Source: an uncultured Acidobacteriota bacterium (GTDB taxonomy: Bacteria > Acidobacteriota > UBA6911). Taken from it: a stretch of DNA of 64,000 nt. The position numbers were made by a program, and so were the translations under genes. Positions 38,687 to 47,776 of this stretch are shown piece after piece; the stretch's first letter is position 1, and each line of letters starts with the position of its first letter. The notes under the pieces were generated by a model that was given only the letters and a program-made list of their open reading frames with translations, had not been told where the DNA came from and ran no database searches. The DNA lies in NCBI GenBank assembly GCA_963809485.1, contig CAWEJX010000020.1, forward strand, positions 1,088,001 through 1,152,000, in the 5' to 3' direction.

Positions 38687-39676
38687 ATGAAATCAAAACG
38701 AATGATTGCTTTTGGAGTGGCCGTTTCGCTTTTCATCCTGGCATCTCCTGGCTCGGCGCCGGCAGCGCCCAAATGTGACAGGCAATGTCTGGTCAATTTG
38801 ATGCAGCAGTACGTGGCAGCGATGGTGAAGCACGACCCGAAAGCGGTGCCGCTGGCCGCGAACGTGAAATTCATGGAAAATGCGGCCCTGATGCCGATAG
38901 GCAAAGGCCTGTGGGAAACTGCGTCCGCCGGCCCGACTACGTTCCAGATTTATGCCGCCGATCCGGTTGTGCAATCGGTCGCCTGTATTCTGGTAATGAA
39001 GGAAAAGGGCAAAGATATCCTGCTCGGGGCGAACCTGAAGGTCGTGGACGGCAAAATTGCCCAAGCCGAGCAGCTGGTGGCTCGCGGGAATGTGGACGGC
39101 TCCATGCCTACGCTGCAAAAACCGCGCCCTGGCCTCCTTGAGGACGTTGCGCCGGCCGATCGGATGGATCGCGGAGAGCTGACTAAAATCGGACTTTCCT
39201 ATTACGATGCGCTTACGGGTGAGGACGGCACGTACGCGCCTTTTGCCGGCGACTGCGAACGTCACGAGAACGGCGGCGTAGCGGCCAGCAGCAGGCCGCC
39301 GGAGGCAAAAGCAAAGCCGGCCGCAAAGCCGAATCCTGAACTGGAAAAAATGATGAAGTCGATGGCGGCGATACCAAGAACCTGCGAAGCACAGATCAGT
39401 TCCGGCGTTTTCGGCTATATCACCGAAATAAACCCGCGACGCCTGGTCGTTGCCGATGTACAGAAAGGATTAGCCGTCGGGATGTCCATGTTCCAGCATG
39501 ACGGCCACTTGAAGACGTTGCCGATCAAAGGAGTGCCGGGAATGAACAGCATGCCCGGTTTCACAATGCAGTTCAACTTTCCCTCGATTCATTTTTACAA
39601 AATCAGGAACGGCAAAATTTACGACATCGAGACAATCGGCGTCTCTGCGCCCTTCGGCACGAAATTTGCCTGGTAG
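38687..39676 (+). CDS. Secreted 'CDRxCL' protein, paralog 2
   Basis: Signal peptide; CDRQCL, YYDAL, DCERHENG, RRLVVADVQKGL, YKIRNGKIYDIE. Confidence 0.85.
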   Translation: MKSKRMIAFGVAVSLFILASPGSAPAAPKCDRQCLVNLMQQYVAAMVKHDPKAVPLAANVKFMENAALMPIGKGLWETASAGPTTFQIYAADPVVQSVACILVMKEKGKDILLGANLKVVDGKIAQAEQLVARGNVDGSMPTLQKPRPGLLEDVAPADRMDRGELTKIGLSYYDALTGEDGTYAPFAGDCERHENGGVAASSRPPEAKAKPAAKPNPELEKMMKSMAAIPRTCEAQISSGVFGYITEINPRRLVVADVQKGLAVGMSMFQHDGHLKTLPIKGVPGMNSMPGFTMQFNFPSIHFYKIRNGKIYDIETIGVSAPFGTKFAW

Positions 39677-39691
39677 CGGGGAAAAGGTAGG

Positions 39692-39791
39692 AACAATGGA
39701 AACAATGGAAACAATGGACACCCACTTTTCACCGCGCGCCCAAGCACCGGAGGGTGTGCGGAGGGTGGGTGTGCCGGAGGGTGGGTGTCCA
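39692..39791. repeat. Tandem AACAATGGA x3 plus an 11-bp inverted repeat TGGACACCCAC/GTGGGTGTCCA with stuttered GGAGGGTG units
   Basis: Read directly; lies between convergent genes. Confidence 0.7.
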
Positions 39792-39852
39792 CGATTTTGA
39801 CGATTTTGTTTCTTGGTTAGAATTTCGCCATGAACACTGAATAGCAGCCCAA

Positions 39853-40941
39853 TCACGCTTTCGGCAACGGCTTCTGCCATTCCAGAAGGCTCTCGACTTT
39901 GGCCGGCAGCTTGTAGACTTTGATGTGGTCCTTGATCGGCGGCCCGATGATCTCGATCTTGTTCAGGTCCGCCTGCCCCAGGCCGGCCTTTGCGGCGTAG
40001 ACCAGGTGCCCGACCTTGCCGAGCCCAACTCCCATCAGTTCCGCGCTCACGGTGTCTGCGGCGAGCCAGTCGGTGCTCACAACGCATACACGGTGGTCCA
40101 CCGGCGTGCCGTCGACGGGGCCCTCTCCCTCCATCCCTTCAAAGCCGTCGTTCACCGCCAGGTGCGGATGGAGGCGCGGCGCCAGGGCGGCGAGGTTGTA
40201 ATGGATTCCGCGCACGCCGCCGCCGTGGACGAGAAAACGGTTGGTCCGGTCCAGTTCGCCGGGCTTCTGCCCGGGATCCCTGACCGCCGCGGCGACGATG
40301 ACGTTCTTCAGCGAAAATGTCGCCACCGTAAAGAAATGTGTTTTGAATTTTGCCGCGGAGATGATGTAGCTGTTGGGATCCAGCAGCATTTTGGACACCC
40401 GGCAGGCGTGCGGGCGCATATCCGACTGGTCCATGCAAAAGACGGTATCGACCGCCGTCTTGTCGAGGTCGATCAGTTTGACTCCGTACTTGCCGGCGAA
40501 CTTGTTGTACCCGTAGTTGGAGAAACCCTCGACCGTTGCGCCGTCTGCGGCCGACTCGGCGATCACCACGTTGGCCTTGCGGATGGACTTGAGGAACTCG
40601 AGGATTCCCTCGAGCTGATCGGCGTGGCTCGCACACAGCGGCTTGCTGACGCTGACGTTGTTCGGTTTGACGATGACGAGTTTGTTGCCGATGGCCCGCG
40701 CGATTTCTTTTTCGAAGGTGCGCAGGGCGCGAAAAGTGTTGTCGGCGCGTTCATTGCCCGTCGTCAGGGCTACACGGGCCGGCGGGACCGGAGCAGCGGC
40801 GGGAGCGGGAGGCGGCGGCACACTGCCCTGAGCGCGTGCCGCATCGGGAAAATGCAGCCCCTGCGAGAAACCCAAACCGCCGAGGCCAAGCATTGAATTC
40901 CTGAGAAACCGACGACGGGAACCGACGAAATGTGATGACAT
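39853..40941 (-). CDS. Tat-exported DUF362 family protein
   Basis: SRRRFLR leader; IVKPN, IAES, KFKTH, SLKN, DGFEGMEGEGP, D..AAD. Confidence 0.88.
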   Translation of the reverse strand: MSSHFVGSRRRFLRNSMLGLGGLGFSQGLHFPDAARAQGSVPPPPAPAAAPVPPARVALTTGNERADNTFRALRTFEKEIARAIGNKLVIVKPNNVSVSKPLCASHADQLEGILEFLKSIRKANVVIAESAADGATVEGFSNYGYNKFAGKYGVKLIDLDKTAVDTVFCMDQSDMRPHACRVSKMLLDPNSYIISAAKFKTHFFTVATFSLKNVIVAAAVRDPGQKPGELDRTNRFLVHGGGVRGIHYNLAALAPRLHPHLAVNDGFEGMEGEGPVDGTPVDHRVCVVSTDWLAADTVSAELMGVGLGKVGHLVYAAKAGLGQADLNKIEIIGPPIKDHIKVYKLPAKVESLLEWQKPLPKA

Positions 40942-41435
40942 AAGCCCCCCCCTATCAAATCTTGCGTTCCGATGAGCCCTTTTTTGCTGCGATCATAACA
41001 CAGATTCGTTCGGCCGCCACGGTCCCCGTCGCCAAAACCGAACGGCGGGCTTGTGCCGCTCATGGTTATGCACATTCATTACCGAGAAAGCAGGCCTCGC
41101 TCCGCTCGCTCATCCGCCAGGACTATTTCTCTTTCCTTGCGCGTCGTTCCATCACCTGCTCCAGAGCAGTCACACGGGCATCAAGGGCCAATGACAGTCT
41201 AAAGCTAGGCCGAGGCGCTTACATTGAAGGAACCAAGAAATCAATACCGGCTTTTTCCATCCCGTGCTATTTTGTCTCCAGCCCCCCGAAAAGACTGTCG
41301 GGGGAGAGTCTCAGATTTTCAGATAACAATAGAAAGAGTCAAAGGTCCGTCAGTAAAATTCCCGGCTGCTGCGCCGGGTTACGGCTCGCGGTTACTCCTG
41401 CATTTCGAGTCTCGAAATTATAGAGGATGCAAAAT

Positions 41436-41855
41436 ATGGCGCTAAATGTGAAGGGCAAGGATGGCTTTTATGGCTGGGTCAACCTGGTCGTCCTGTTCTT
41501 ATTCAATTTGGCACTGTTTCCGATAATGATGATTGTTTACGCCGTCGTTTTTGGAATAAGCATGGGAATACAGTTCATTGCGATAGGAAACCTCTATCCC
41601 GATTATTTCGGCGTGAGCGAGTTCCCCAAGATCATGGGATATACGATGCCCTTCAACACCTTCATCAGCGCGCTTGGAGCGCCCGTCGCCGGATACATCC
41701 GGGACAAAACAGGCAGCTATGTGCCTGCCTTCCGGGTATTGCTTGTTTTGCTTGCAGTTTCCTTCTTCTGCATTATTTTTGCAAAGCCGCTGGTTCATCC
41801 TTCACTAAAAGGCAAGGTGAGGGTACACGAGCCCGAGGCCCAACCGGCGAGCTAA
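41436..41855 (+). pseudogene. MFS transporter remnant with a large in-frame internal deletion
   Basis: MFS-type start (FYGWVNLVVL) joined directly to the last TMs (YPDYFG...GAPVAGYIRDKTGSY); about 140 aa versus ~400 expected. Confidence 0.7.
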
Positions 41856-41874
41856 GAAAACAGGCAGGCGCTTC

Positions 41875-44253
41875 CTATGCTTTGCCCAATGCTTTGAGGA
41901 CCTTTTCCGGCGTGGCCGGCGATTCGATCCATTTGCCGATCGCGTTGTGGATGGCCATGATGACGAGGTGCGTGTTCGCCAGCGAATGGCTGATGCCGCT
42001 GGCGCCGTAGCACGCGTTGCTGGCTCGCGTTTCCAGAAGCTCCAGGTCCACTCGAGGCATGTCCAGCATGCTGACCTTCTTGTACTCAAACATGTTGGTG
42101 CTGAGTCGCACTCCGGTCTTCGGATCGTAGATGAATTCCTCCTGAAGCTGGCATCCTTTGGTGAAATCCATCACCTGATCGATCTGGCTCTCCAGCGACG
42201 TCCGTCGCATGATTTTCCCGGGATCCGCAACGACTCCGAAGCGAAGGATTTCAACTTCCCCCGTCTCCGTGTCTACGGCAACTTCGCACGTGGCAACATT
42301 CATCGCATCCAAAACTTTGCCCCGTTGAGTCCAGACGGCTGCCGGAGGTCTCCCGGAGTATGTCGCGAACAGGTTCGCCCGAACAGCTTGCGCAAGAGGA
42401 AGGCCCTTGCCCGGGTCGTTCTTGACGACGACTTTGCCGTCCTGCATGTCCAGGTCTTCAGGCTTCAGGCCCTTAAAAGGATTGGGAGCCTGCTTTGCTC
42501 CGGGACCTCCCATCATGCCGAATCCCATAGGCGCGGGAGGATTGTTGGCTTCCTCGACCGCCGTCTCCAGGATCAGCTTCTTCAATTTGTTCGCGCACTC
42601 TTTGATGGCCCAGGAGGATGCGGTCGACCCGTCGCTGCCGCCTCCAAAGGGCCGGTAGATTTCGTGGTGATCAAAATCGATGCGAATATCCTTGTACTCC
42701 AGACCCAGTTCTTCGGCTATGACCATAGCGTTTGCTTCCAGGCCGAAGTGGCCGATGATGGGGCCCTTGGTTGCCAGGTGCACGACGCCGTTTCGAAGCT
42801 CGAGTTTGGTGTTGTATCCCGAAACGGAATGGCGCGGGCACTGGTTGTAGCGGAAGCTTGCTCCGTGCAAACGGCCGTCGGGCAGCTTTTTGGCACCGGT
42901 TTTATGCCAGTTCCATTTCATGATCTTTTTGACTTCCGCGACGCACTCTTCATAGCTGGGCACGGGATTGGGGTCGGTCTGGGATTCGGGCCCGTGGAGG
43001 TTCAGGGTTGCGATGTCTATCGGGTCCTTGCCGAGCTTTTCCGCGATCAGGTAAAGCCCCACCATCAGGGTATCCCAGCCCATCGGGTTATGCTGGCCGC
43101 TGACGTACATCATCCCGGTGTTGCTGTCTACAACCTCCATACTCTGTTTGACGTTCTGGCATCGGGTGGTGAAATAGGGCCCATAGTTCTGATCCATTGT
43201 GTTGCCGAAAATGGAGCTTCCCCGGATCCCGCCGTCCGCAATGGAAAAGTCGTCGATGGCCGTGATCAGGCCGTTGCTTTTGAATCCGATCTTCATATGC
43301 ACGAAGCGCTGGCACAGGTTGAAGTCGTACATATCGGCGCGGCTGTAGACGCATCGGACGGGCCTTCCGGTTCTTTTGGCGAGCAAGGGAGTGATCTGCT
43401 CCGATTTGCGGGTGCCCCAGTCGCAGTACCTGCCGCCCACGAACATGCAATTCTGAAAGACCTTCGCCGGAGCCACGCGGTTCATGCCTGCCACCTGGTC
43501 ATGTCCCCAGGGAACACCCTCAATTTGAAGATTCTCTCCTGTCCCGTGCAAAGGATCGTCAAACCACCAGGCAACGGTACCGGATGGATTGGGGATATGA
43601 CCGGCAAATGCGGCTGTGTTCATGTCATATTCGATGACATGGTCCGCTTCCTTGAATCCCTTTTCGACATCGCCGTCATTCATATTGGAATAATTGACGT
43701 TGCCTTTCTTGGGAGGATTTTTTCCTCCTCCCATACCGAATCCTCCGCCTTTACCCGCCGGCGTTGCCGGCCGGATGACCGGAGCGTCTGGCGCCCGTCC
43801 TTTGCGCAGGTCTACGACAAAAGGCAGTTCTTCCCATTCCACTTCAAGCGCATGCAACGCCTGCTCGCAGATTTCCTCACTTTCAGCAACAACGATAGCG
43901 CCTACTTCGGCCCCATCCTGGTCTGCCAGGTTGTCCAGAAAAGCCTGAGTCGGTCCCATTAAAAAACCACCGTCACCTCCGCTGCCCAGTTTCTTCATAT
44001 CCTCGTCTTCCCAGGTAACGATATCGACGACTCCGGGGATGGCCTTGGCTTTGGCCGTGTCGAGCTTTTTGATGCGTGCGTTCGCATAGGGGCTTCTGAG
44101 AAATTTGGCGTGGAGCATGTCTGGAACGACGTAGTCGATACCGAATTTTGCTACTCCGGTTGCCTGCGACCACGATAATACGCCCGGGAGGCTGGGTTTC
44201 CCGACAACCCTGAAGTTTTTCCTGGTTCCGTTTATTCCTGCTAGGTCAGCCAT
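41875..44253 (-). CDS. Xanthine dehydrogenase / aldehyde oxidoreductase family molybdopterin-binding subunit
   Basis: MLHAKFLRSPYANARI, GDVEKGFKEAD, RTGRPV, EVAVDTETGEV, AIHNAIG...PATPEKVLKAL. Confidence 0.92.
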   Translation of the reverse strand: MADLAGINGTRKNFRVVGKPSLPGVLSWSQATGVAKFGIDYVVPDMLHAKFLRSPYANARIKKLDTAKAKAIPGVVDIVTWEDEDMKKLGSGGDGGFLMGPTQAFLDNLADQDGAEVGAIVVAESEEICEQALHALEVEWEELPFVVDLRKGRAPDAPVIRPATPAGKGGGFGMGGGKNPPKKGNVNYSNMNDGDVEKGFKEADHVIEYDMNTAAFAGHIPNPSGTVAWWFDDPLHGTGENLQIEGVPWGHDQVAGMNRVAPAKVFQNCMFVGGRYCDWGTRKSEQITPLLAKRTGRPVRCVYSRADMYDFNLCQRFVHMKIGFKSNGLITAIDDFSIADGGIRGSSIFGNTMDQNYGPYFTTRCQNVKQSMEVVDSNTGMMYVSGQHNPMGWDTLMVGLYLIAEKLGKDPIDIATLNLHGPESQTDPNPVPSYEECVAEVKKIMKWNWHKTGAKKLPDGRLHGASFRYNQCPRHSVSGYNTKLELRNGVVHLATKGPIIGHFGLEANAMVIAEELGLEYKDIRIDFDHHEIYRPFGGGSDGSTASSWAIKECANKLKKLILETAVEEANNPPAPMGFGMMGGPGAKQAPNPFKGLKPEDLDMQDGKVVVKNDPGKGLPLAQAVRANLFATYSGRPPAAVWTQRGKVLDAMNVATCEVAVDTETGEVEILRFGVVADPGKIMRRTSLESQIDQVMDFTKGCQLQEEFIYDPKTGVRLSTNMFEYKKVSMLDMPRVDLELLETRASNACYGASGISHSLANTHLVIMAIHNAIGKWIESPATPEKVLKALGKA

Positions 44254-44326
44254 ACGATGCTCCTTTCATTACCTCTGCCGCTTGCATGACTGCGGTGGGG
44301 TTGGCGGGGCAGGTGCAGCGCCGCAC
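44246..44326 (-). pseudogene. Vestige of the C-terminus of a CoxS/XdhC-type 2Fe-2S small subunit
   Basis: Reads VRRCTCPANPTAVMQAAEVMKGASYG*, a few substitutions from CRCGTYP..; its stop overlaps the Mo-subunit start (ATGGCTGA). Confidence 0.55.
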
Positions 44327-44482
44327 TGCCCATCGTCCATATATTTTCCTCTGCCATAAGGGCCTACTGCGTATCTGCAAACAGACAGCGCAAGCCTGAT
44401 TCGGCCATATCTCTTATCATACCGGCAAGAGAAGAGCAATTTCTTGATCCAGGTCAACTTTGGACAATTGGGACAATTGTTT

Positions 44483-45744
44483 ATTGGGGTCGGACCACGA
44501 TAAATCTTTAGAACCAAATGAGAAAGGTTCATTTTAGGTTATCCCAAATCCGCTTGGACAAAATATTGGGGGGGGATTTTGGGGCTGTAACGAAACCCGG
44601 CACGGATGCGGTAAAGAGCATATATAGTTGGGGGGGACGGACCACAATATTTATTTGATTGTTCTTCTTTGACGTACCAATCGCCGTCTTCTGTCGTGGC
44701 TATATGGAATCTTTTCCTTTTCTTAGTTCTGGAAATAATCTCCTTCAGAAATTCCTCGCTGCCAACTGCAATGCTTTCCGTCCATATTCCTTCGCGGATC
44801 AAACGGCTGTTTTTAATTGATTCAAGAATGCGCTGTTGATGGATCTCTGCCATAGATTTCCTGTTGCTCAAACCCAACAGATCAACAAGTCGCTCGATAT
44901 CGAGGACGCGAAATCGCTGGCGATTGCCAACAAGCTCATGATAGCCGCACCATGCCCAATCGTTGGGATGGGAGACAACGCCCGCCCGCACCATGTTGAG
45001 ATCGATATATCGCAGACAATTCCAAAGATGGTCGCCGCCATCAATCATGGTGGAGTGAAATCGCTCTCCCCAGAATGCTCCGGAGCGATGCTTTCGAAGG
45101 TTGTAATAGCCTGCAAACTCGCCCTCCAACTGTTGCATGAATCGGCTGAGATCTGAAAGGCGGTCGCACATCCCCAGTAGATGGACGTGGTTGCAGGTGA
45201 TGCAAAAGCTAAAGAGAGAAATTCGATGTTTTAGGACGGCTTTTCTCATCCTGACACGATACTCAATTCTGTCAAGTCTGTTTCGCAATAGGAATTGGCG
45301 ATTGTGGCAACGTTGAGTTAGGTGATAAACATACCCCGGCAAGATATAGCGGTTGGCGCGTGGCATGAAAACCTCCATATTGAAATAATGACCTGGATGC
45401 CGAAAAGGGGCCAGAAGCCTTCATGCATGGCCCTTTTCACCTTTTTCTAATGGAAAGTTCCTCATATTTATCAACAATTTATTGTGGACAATTGGGGTCG
45501 GACCGCGATAAATCTTTGGAACAGAGGCGGAAAGGCTCGTTTTGGCCTATCCAAAATCCGCTTGGATAAAATATTGAAGGGAATTGAATTGGGGGGCTGT
45601 AAGGGATCGAGTACGCACGCGGTTACGAGCATTTATGCTTACACGCAAATAATGCGGCCCAAATTTGAGTGTAAGGCCCCTTTTCTCTTCCGAAAATCGA
45701 GCTAACTCAAATATAGGCAGGATTTATCGTGGTCCGACCCCAAT
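44483..45744 (-). mobile_element. RAYT/REP-type element bounded by perfect 24-bp inverted repeats
   Basis: ATTGGGGTCGGACCACGATAAATC at 44483-44506 and its exact reverse complement at 45721-45744; extra copies at 45491-45514 and ~44628-44654; visibly more AT-rich than flanks. Confidence 0.8.
44539..45366 (-). CDS. REP-associated tyrosine transposase-like (Y1/HUH) protein
   Basis: MPRANR...YHLTQRCHNR, NHVHLL (HUH), GAFWGERF, RYIDLNMVRAG, WAWCGY; GGAGG RBS. Confidence 0.9.
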   Translation of the reverse strand: MPRANRYILPGYVYHLTQRCHNRQFLLRNRLDRIEYRVRMRKAVLKHRISLFSFCITCNHVHLLGMCDRLSDLSRFMQQLEGEFAGYYNLRKHRSGAFWGERFHSTMIDGGDHLWNCLRYIDLNMVRAGVVSHPNDWAWCGYHELVGNRQRFRVLDIERLVDLLGLSNRKSMAEIHQQRILESIKNSRLIREGIWTESIAVGSEEFLKEIISRTKKRKRFHIATTEDGDWYVKEEQSNKYCGPSPPTIYALYRIRAGFRYSPKIPPQYFVQADLG

Positions 45745-45768
45745 GTAAATGTACCTGAAGGATGAATC

Positions 45769-47757
45769 ATGCGCATGAATCCGGCAAAGATGGCAGTAGT
45801 GGCTCTGATCTGGGGAACTATTCTCAGCGCCGCGGACTCCGCAGTGGCCCAGGCAAACCCGACTCGCGTGTCATGCGATCGCGCCTGTTTGACAGGCATA
45901 ATGGATCAGTATCTCGAGGCGCTGGCGGCCCATGATCCGGCGCGTGCGCCATTTGCGCCAGACGCACGTTTTGCCCAGGACAATCAGCCCTTGCGCATGG
46001 GAGAGGCATTGTGGATGACCGCAAGCGGTCTGGGAAAGTACAGGCATTACTTCACCGATCCGGAGCGAGGCGACGCCGGGCTCATTGGAGTCATCTATGA
46101 AAACGGCGTAGGCGCCATCATCGTATTGCACCTGAAGGTTGAGAACCGCCTGATCACACATGCCGAACAGTGGGTAGCCCACGATCCCGCCGGAGCCGCT
46201 GCCTACGAGGAAGCCGGAGCGCCGGAGCCCCTCTGGTCGGAACCGATCCCGGCTGAGCGGCGGCAGTCCCGCGAAGCCCTGGAGGCAACCGCCTACATCT
46301 ATTACCAAGCCCTGGAGAAAAACGACGGCAGAGGCATTTACCCTTTTACCGACGACTGTCAGCGTACCGAAGATGGAGTGCGAACGTCCAACCGGTCGAA
46401 GCCGCTAAATTACGGGCACTCCGATACCAGCGTAAGCGACTTTACCACATTGGGCTGCAAAGCCCAGTTTCAGCTCGGATTCTTTGGTTTTACCACCGGC
46501 GCTCGCGACCGGCGATTTATGGTAGTTGACCCGGATTACGGCGCTGTGCTGAGTCGTGCCTTTCTCGAATTCGATGGCAGCCAGCCTGATTTTATTACCT
46601 TGACCGACGGCCGCAGATGGAAAGTTTCTCCCTATTTTTGGACGGCGCGCACCAACCAGTTGCACGAGGGCTTCAGGATTGAAAATGGCAGCATTCGCCG
46701 CGTGGAAATGACAATGTACGAAGTGCCCTTCGGCTCCCGTTCGGCTTTTGCGCCGGCAGAACCGTTTCCGGAAATTCCTTCGGCCGGGACGGGAACAAGC
46801 ACAGAGACGTGCGATCGAAATTGCCTGCGTGGCATGGTCGATCAATTCTTCGATGCCATGACTGCGCATTGCTCCTGCTGCGGCCTGCTGGCGGACAATG
46901 TCAAATACACAGAAAACGGACAGATCGTGAAGCCCGGCGAGGGCATTTGGAGAACCCTCAGTGCTCGAGGCGGATACCGCGTCTATCTCCTGGACCCGGC
47001 AACCGGTCAGGCTGGATATTACGGCGACATCAATGAAAAGGGCCTTCTCGGAATGGTGGCATTGCGCCTCAAGGTGGAGGCTCATCGAATTGCCGAAATC
47101 GAGGCCGTCGTGGTGCGTGAACAACTGCGGCCCGGTTTCCGCAAAGCCAATGCGGGTTTGGCGGGTGATACGGCAGGAATTATGACACCCATAATGCTTA
47201 ATGAATTGCAGCCCAAAGGCTTCATTAAAGTGGATCCGCTTTTGCAGCAGATCGTGCCGCGCGCCAGCCGGGTCCCGCGCTCCCAGCTGATTGCCCTCAC
47301 CGACCGGTATTTTAGTGGCTTCGCCCAAGCCAGGGGCGACGCTGTTCCGTTTGACGAACGCTGCGCACGACGGGAAAACGGGATTCCATCCACTGGAAAT
47401 TCCGATGGCCCGCTGGTCGACCCCGCTCAACCGGCATTTCGTCTCTTCAGCCAGGGATGCGGTCAGGAAATCGACACGGGCTTCTTCAGTTCTCTATTGC
47501 GGCTGCGCCATGGCAACGCCCTGGTGGTGGATGAAGAGCAAGGCTTGGTGCTTCACCTCGGTTTCTTCGACGCTGCCGGAAACCTAAAGTCCGTTTCAGT
47601 GCCAAATACGGGCAAAGTGGCCGTGCCGCCTAACCTCCTTCGGCCCGCCACCTACGTCGCGCCCCAATTGTTCAAGATTTTAGACGACAAGATTCGACTG
47701 ATCGAGGGCTTGGCCTGGCCGGTGCCGTATGGAATGAAGTCCGGCTGGGACCGATAA
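45769..47757 (+). CDS. Secreted protein with two tandem 'CDRxCL' domains, paralog 3
   Basis: Signal peptide; CDRACL...DCQRTEDG...FRIENGSIRRVE, then CDRNCL...CARRENG...FKILDDKIRLIE. Confidence 0.85.
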   Translation: MRMNPAKMAVVALIWGTILSAADSAVAQANPTRVSCDRACLTGIMDQYLEALAAHDPARAPFAPDARFAQDNQPLRMGEALWMTASGLGKYRHYFTDPERGDAGLIGVIYENGVGAIIVLHLKVENRLITHAEQWVAHDPAGAAAYEEAGAPEPLWSEPIPAERRQSREALEATAYIYYQALEKNDGRGIYPFTDDCQRTEDGVRTSNRSKPLNYGHSDTSVSDFTTLGCKAQFQLGFFGFTTGARDRRFMVVDPDYGAVLSRAFLEFDGSQPDFITLTDGRRWKVSPYFWTARTNQLHEGFRIENGSIRRVEMTMYEVPFGSRSAFAPAEPFPEIPSAGTGTSTETCDRNCLRGMVDQFFDAMTAHCSCCGLLADNVKYTENGQIVKPGEGIWRTLSARGGYRVYLLDPATGQAGYYGDINEKGLLGMVALRLKVEAHRIAEIEAVVVREQLRPGFRKANAGLAGDTAGIMTPIMLNELQPKGFIKVDPLLQQIVPRASRVPRSQLIALTDRYFSGFAQARGDAVPFDERCARRENGIPSTGNSDGPLVDPAQPAFRLFSQGCGQEIDTGFFSSLLRLRHGNALVVDEEQGLVLHLGFFDAAGNLKSVSVPNTGKVAVPPNLLRPATYVAPQLFKILDDKIRLIEGLAWPVPYGMKSGWDR

Positions 47758-47776
47758 ATCGATTGTTTGGAGGCGA

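Noticed and set aside
41124-41200. Possible C-terminal gene remnant on the minus strand (LSLALDARVTALEQVMERRARKEK*)
   Set aside because: Too short to assign without a search.
44483-45637. Diversity-generating retroelement TR/VR pair suggested by the ~145-bp direct repeat overlapping a gene 3' end
   Set aside because: Mismatches are not confined to adenines on either strand and include indels; no reverse transcriptase in the window.
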